Virus record (IMG/VR): IMGVR_UViG_3300017643_000041
Length of the DNA: 36,445 bases
Direction: 5' to 3' (one strand)
Source: an uncultured virus (IMG/VR IMGVR_UViG_3300017643_000041)
Taxonomy: Duplodnaviria; Heunggongvirae; Uroviricota; Caudoviricetes
The position numbers and the translations under genes were made by a program. Below, one piece after another: positions 33,574 through 36,445 of this stretch (the first letter of the stretch is position 1; each line of letters opens with the position of its first letter). The notes under the pieces are model-generated. The model worked only from the letters and a program-made list of their open reading frames with translations, was not told where the DNA came from and did no database searches.

Positions 33574-35228
33574 AAATGTGGTCACCTGCTTTCAAAGAAA
33601 AAGGTGAACAGCGCCCACCGATTAGGTTTAAAAAAGGACTGAATGTTGTTCTCGGCAAAGAGGACGGCGCTATGTCTATTGGTAAATCATCAGCACTTCT
33701 TGCGATAGATTTTGTATTTGGTGGAAATACCTACATTAAGAGTGATGGTGTAAGCAAAGAAGGCCATCATATCATTTATTTTGCTTTTGAATTCGATGGA
33801 GATAAGAAATACTTTGCCAGAAATACAGGTGCTGCTGATACAGTACAAATTTGCGACAGCAACTACGAACTTACGGGTAATAGTTTTTCAAAGTCTGAAT
33901 TTGTGGAATGGCTGAAAGTGCAGTATAAAATGGACTTCACAGGCATTTCCTTTAGAACTGCGCTAAGTAGCTTCTTCCGAGTGTACGGCAAGAAAAATAC
34001 CGATGAGTTGAATCCGCTTCAGGGTGTGCGTGGACAGAATATGGAGAAATCCATAACCACCATTTTGACCATTTTTGATGTTTACAAAGAAATAGCTGGC
34101 CTTAAGGCAAGCGTCGAAGAGCACAAAAAGAAGCTTGATGCTTATAAGACTGCCAGAAAATATAATTTTATCTCTGACCTTGTCGGTGGAAAAACGAAAT
34201 ATGAGGAAAACCTTGCGAAGATTCGTTCTCTAGAGCTTCAGCTAAGTACGTTGATGGAGGAAGCGGAAAAAGGACATACGGAAGATGAGATAGAAAAGAA
34301 CAAGCAGAAGTCTACCTTAACCACAGCTAAGTTGAATATAGAAACAGCGATACACTCCAAGGAAATGAAGCTACGTCTTGTGAAAATGAGCCTGGAGTAT
34401 GGACTATATCCGACAGAAGCCGATATGTCGGCTTTGCAGGAGTTCTTTCCGAATGTAAATTTACGAAAACTGTATGAAGTTGAAATGTATCATCAGAAAC
34501 TGGCGAAAATTCTTGATGCACAGTTTTTGAATGAGCAGACTGCTATTGAAAACGAAATTACAATGCTACAATCACAGCTCGAAGATGTGAAAACGCAAAT
34601 CAAGGAACTCGGTTTTGTTGGAAATCTTTCAAAGGAATTTCTGGACAGACATTCTGAAATAAAGGGTGAAATAGATGCCTTGAATACACAGAATCAAGCT
34701 TATCTTACGTTGACAGACCTTCAGGAAGCCAAGGCTGCGGCAGATGAAATATTGAAAAGAAGTATTGAAGACATCCTTCGTGAAATAGAAACGAAGCTCA
34801 ATACCAAAATGAAACAAATTAATGATTCCTTGTTTAGCACGCCGAGAAAACCGCCTCATATTCATTTCAATGAGTATAACAGCTATAGGTTTGAAACACC
34901 CGACGATACAGGCACAGGCTCAAACTTCAAGGGCATGATTGTATATGATTTGGCCGTTTTCTTACAAACGGCGCTTCCGGCGATTGCTCATGATTCCCTA
35001 CTTTTCAAGAACATTGAGAAGGACGTGGAGGATGGAATCATTCGTATCTATGACAGTACAGAGAAACAGGTGTTTATAGCATATGATAAACAGGGCGACT
35101 GTAGGCCCAAAACCAGAGAGTGCTTAGAAAGAAACGCAGTGCTCAGACTATCTACAGATGGTTGCGAATTATATGGCAGGTCATGGAACAAGGAGGAAGG
35201 TGCACAAAATGAAGATGAGCTACAATAA
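33564..35228 (+). CDS. lmuB: SMC-like ABC ATPase (DUF2326), Lamassu sensor
   Basis: FKKGLNVVLG...SIGKSS Walker A, long coiled coil, DTGTG signature, IAHDS Walker B, QVFIAYDK. Confidence 0.88.
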   Translation: MLIEMWSPAFKEKGEQRPPIRFKKGLNVVLGKEDGAMSIGKSSALLAIDFVFGGNTYIKSDGVSKEGHHIIYFAFEFDGDKKYFARNTGAADTVQICDSNYELTGNSFSKSEFVEWLKVQYKMDFTGISFRTALSSFFRVYGKKNTDELNPLQGVRGQNMEKSITTILTIFDVYKEIAGLKASVEEHKKKLDAYKTARKYNFISDLVGGKTKYEENLAKIRSLELQLSTLMEEAEKGHTEDEIEKNKQKSTLTTAKLNIETAIHSKEMKLRLVKMSLEYGLYPTEADMSALQEFFPNVNLRKLYEVEMYHQKLAKILDAQFLNEQTAIENEITMLQSQLEDVKTQIKELGFVGNLSKEFLDRHSEIKGEIDALNTQNQAYLTLTDLQEAKAAADEILKRSIEDILREIETKLNTKMKQINDSLFSTPRKPPHIHFNEYNSYRFETPDDTGTGSNFKGMIVYDLAVFLQTALPAIAHDSLLFKNIEKDVEDGIIRIYDSTEKQVFIAYDKQGDCRPKTRECLERNAVLRLSTDGCELYGRSWNKEEGAQNEDELQ

Positions 35229-35445
35229 GCTATGGAAACTACTAATTGATAAACAACTGAAAAAGTCCGATTTGAGAACGCTTGCAGGCATAAGTTCTTC
35301 TTCACTTGCCAAGCTCGGAAAAGATGAAAATGTGACAACAGAAGTTCTGGTGAGAATCTGTAATGCTTTGCAATGCGATGTTTCAGATATTATGGAATTC
35401 GTGCCGCCGATCGATAAAAGCGCAGAAAACGAAGAGGAGTCCTGA
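35209..35445 (+). CDS. Cro/C1-type XRE HTH regulator
   Basis: MSYNKLWKLLID...SSLAKLGKDENV...IC..L.CDVSDIME signature. Confidence 0.9.
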   Translation: MKMSYNKLWKLLIDKQLKKSDLRTLAGISSSSLAKLGKDENVTTEVLVRICNALQCDVSDIMEFVPPIDKSAENEEES

Positions 35446-35475
35446 TTAACGGACAGCGAAAGGAATAAGATTAGT

Positions 35476-35898
35476 ATGGGCGTAATTATTACGGCCCGGA
35501 AGTTCTCTCCACAGAATCAAGCCGGGCTCTTAAAACCAATCGTTTATTGCTACCCGTATGAAGGCGTTACAGAACACGCCGTGTCAATAAATCTTGAATT
35601 GGCGCAGGCGCTAAAGGCCTTCAAACCAAAACGACGGACAATGCAAATAGAACGCTGTTTTGCGGAAATACTATCGAAGCTCCCGGAAGGAGTGGTGCTG
35701 AAAGATTTTGATGCGCTTTTTAATCCAGCTTACAAAATAGACGTGCTGAAAATATTGGTGAACGCATGTAAGATAAAAACATTTAGTGTGCTGTGGCCAG
35801 GAACCTTTGAGGGAAACAAGCTTATTTATGCCAAAGAAGGTTGTAAAGATTATAAAATCTATGATGTGAAGGACTACGATATTACTTGTATCGTATAA
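35476..35898 (+). CDS. brxF: BREX type 3 protein BrxF
   Basis: SINLELA...DFDALFNPAYKIDVLKIL...VLWPG...LIYA pattern; directly upstream of DUF6079. Confidence 0.8.
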   Translation: MGVIITARKFSPQNQAGLLKPIVYCYPYEGVTEHAVSINLELAQALKAFKPKRRTMQIERCFAEILSKLPEGVVLKDFDALFNPAYKIDVLKILVNACKIKTFSVLWPGTFEGNKLIYAKEGCKDYKIYDVKDYDITCIV

Positions 35899-35911
35899 GG
35901 GGGTAATAGAT

Positions 35912-36445
35912 ATGAAATATTCAGAACTCATTAGTTTTAGCCCAATTGAGTCGACCTTGCAGTTGATTCAGTCCAACAGCAATAAGGCAGAGGAAATCAA
36001 CAACATTAAAACCTACGTGATGTCTGAGGGCATGGCGCAGAGTATGAAAGCACCTGTTATCGACCAGTTACAGATGGATGAGGTCGTTGATAATAAAGGC
36101 GTGCTTATAGTTGGTAATTATGGTACTGGTAAATCTCACTTGATGAGCGTTATCTCTTCCATTGCTAAAGATGCAGACAATTTGCAGTATCTGCAGAATA
36201 AGACCTTTGCAAAAGATGTGGAATGCATCGCAGGCAAATTTGAAGTGCTGCGCATTGAAATTGGTGGCGTTACCATGTCACTTTACGATATTCTGTCGGG
36301 CTACATTCAGGATGACTTCGATAAAAGGAATATCGACTTCGAATTCCCGGAGCAGGCCACTGTTCGGAATCCCAAAAAAGTAATTCAGGATATGATGATT
36401 GCTTTCGCTGAAAAATATCCGGACAAGGGCTATCTGATTGTAGTT
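35912..36445 (+). CDS. brxC: BREX type 3 ATPase BrxC/DUF6079 (3' truncated; not in ORF track)
   Basis: Translated by hand: MKYSELISFSPIESTLQL...VDNKGVLIVGNYGTGKSHLMSVIS (Walker A); open to the window end. Confidence 0.88.
   Translation, partial: MKYSELISFSPIESTLQLIQSNSNKAEEINNIKTYVMSEGMAQSMKAPVIDQLQMDEVVDNKGVLIVGNYGTGKSHLMSVISSIAKDADNLQYLQNKTFAKDVECIAGKFEVLRIEIGGVTMSLYDILSGYIQDDFDKRNIDFEFPEQATVRNPKKVIQDMMIAFAEKYPDKGYLIVV

Noticed and set aside
261..36383. Many short antisense or alternate-frame ORFs in the track (e.g. 1603-1791, 4915-5220, 20330-20830, 25452-25961, 36162-36383)
   Set aside because: They are shadows of well-supported genes, with no RBS or recognisable motifs. 36162-36383 lies out of frame within brxC.

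Overview
Bases 1-~31170 are the right-hand part of a temperate siphovirus prophage, nearly all on the + strand. The order is: antirepressor, P4/D5 primase-helicase, VRR-NUC, SNF2 helicase, late activator, HNH/cos/TerS, ParB-methyltransferase, accessory genes, TerL, HK97-type head, tail with a -1 frameshift chaperone, a tail tip of the RcGTA type (DUF2460, DUF2163, NlpC/P60, Phage-tail_3, DUF2793), then holin and amidase. The lysis region ends in two almost completely overlapping coiled-coil membrane ORFs that look like an unusual non-lipoprotein spanin pair. Self-contained morons and an orphan antitoxin are inserted in the late region. From ~31180 there is a separate defence island: a reverse-strand sigma-70 region-4-like gene with a highly structured leader, a divergent Lamassu/ABC-three-component operon, an XRE regulator and the start of a type 3 BREX system (brxF, partial brxC/DUF6079). 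The host is probably a Firmicute, and most likely a diderm Negativicute (inference). All family assignments come from motif recognition and synteny; no searches were run.
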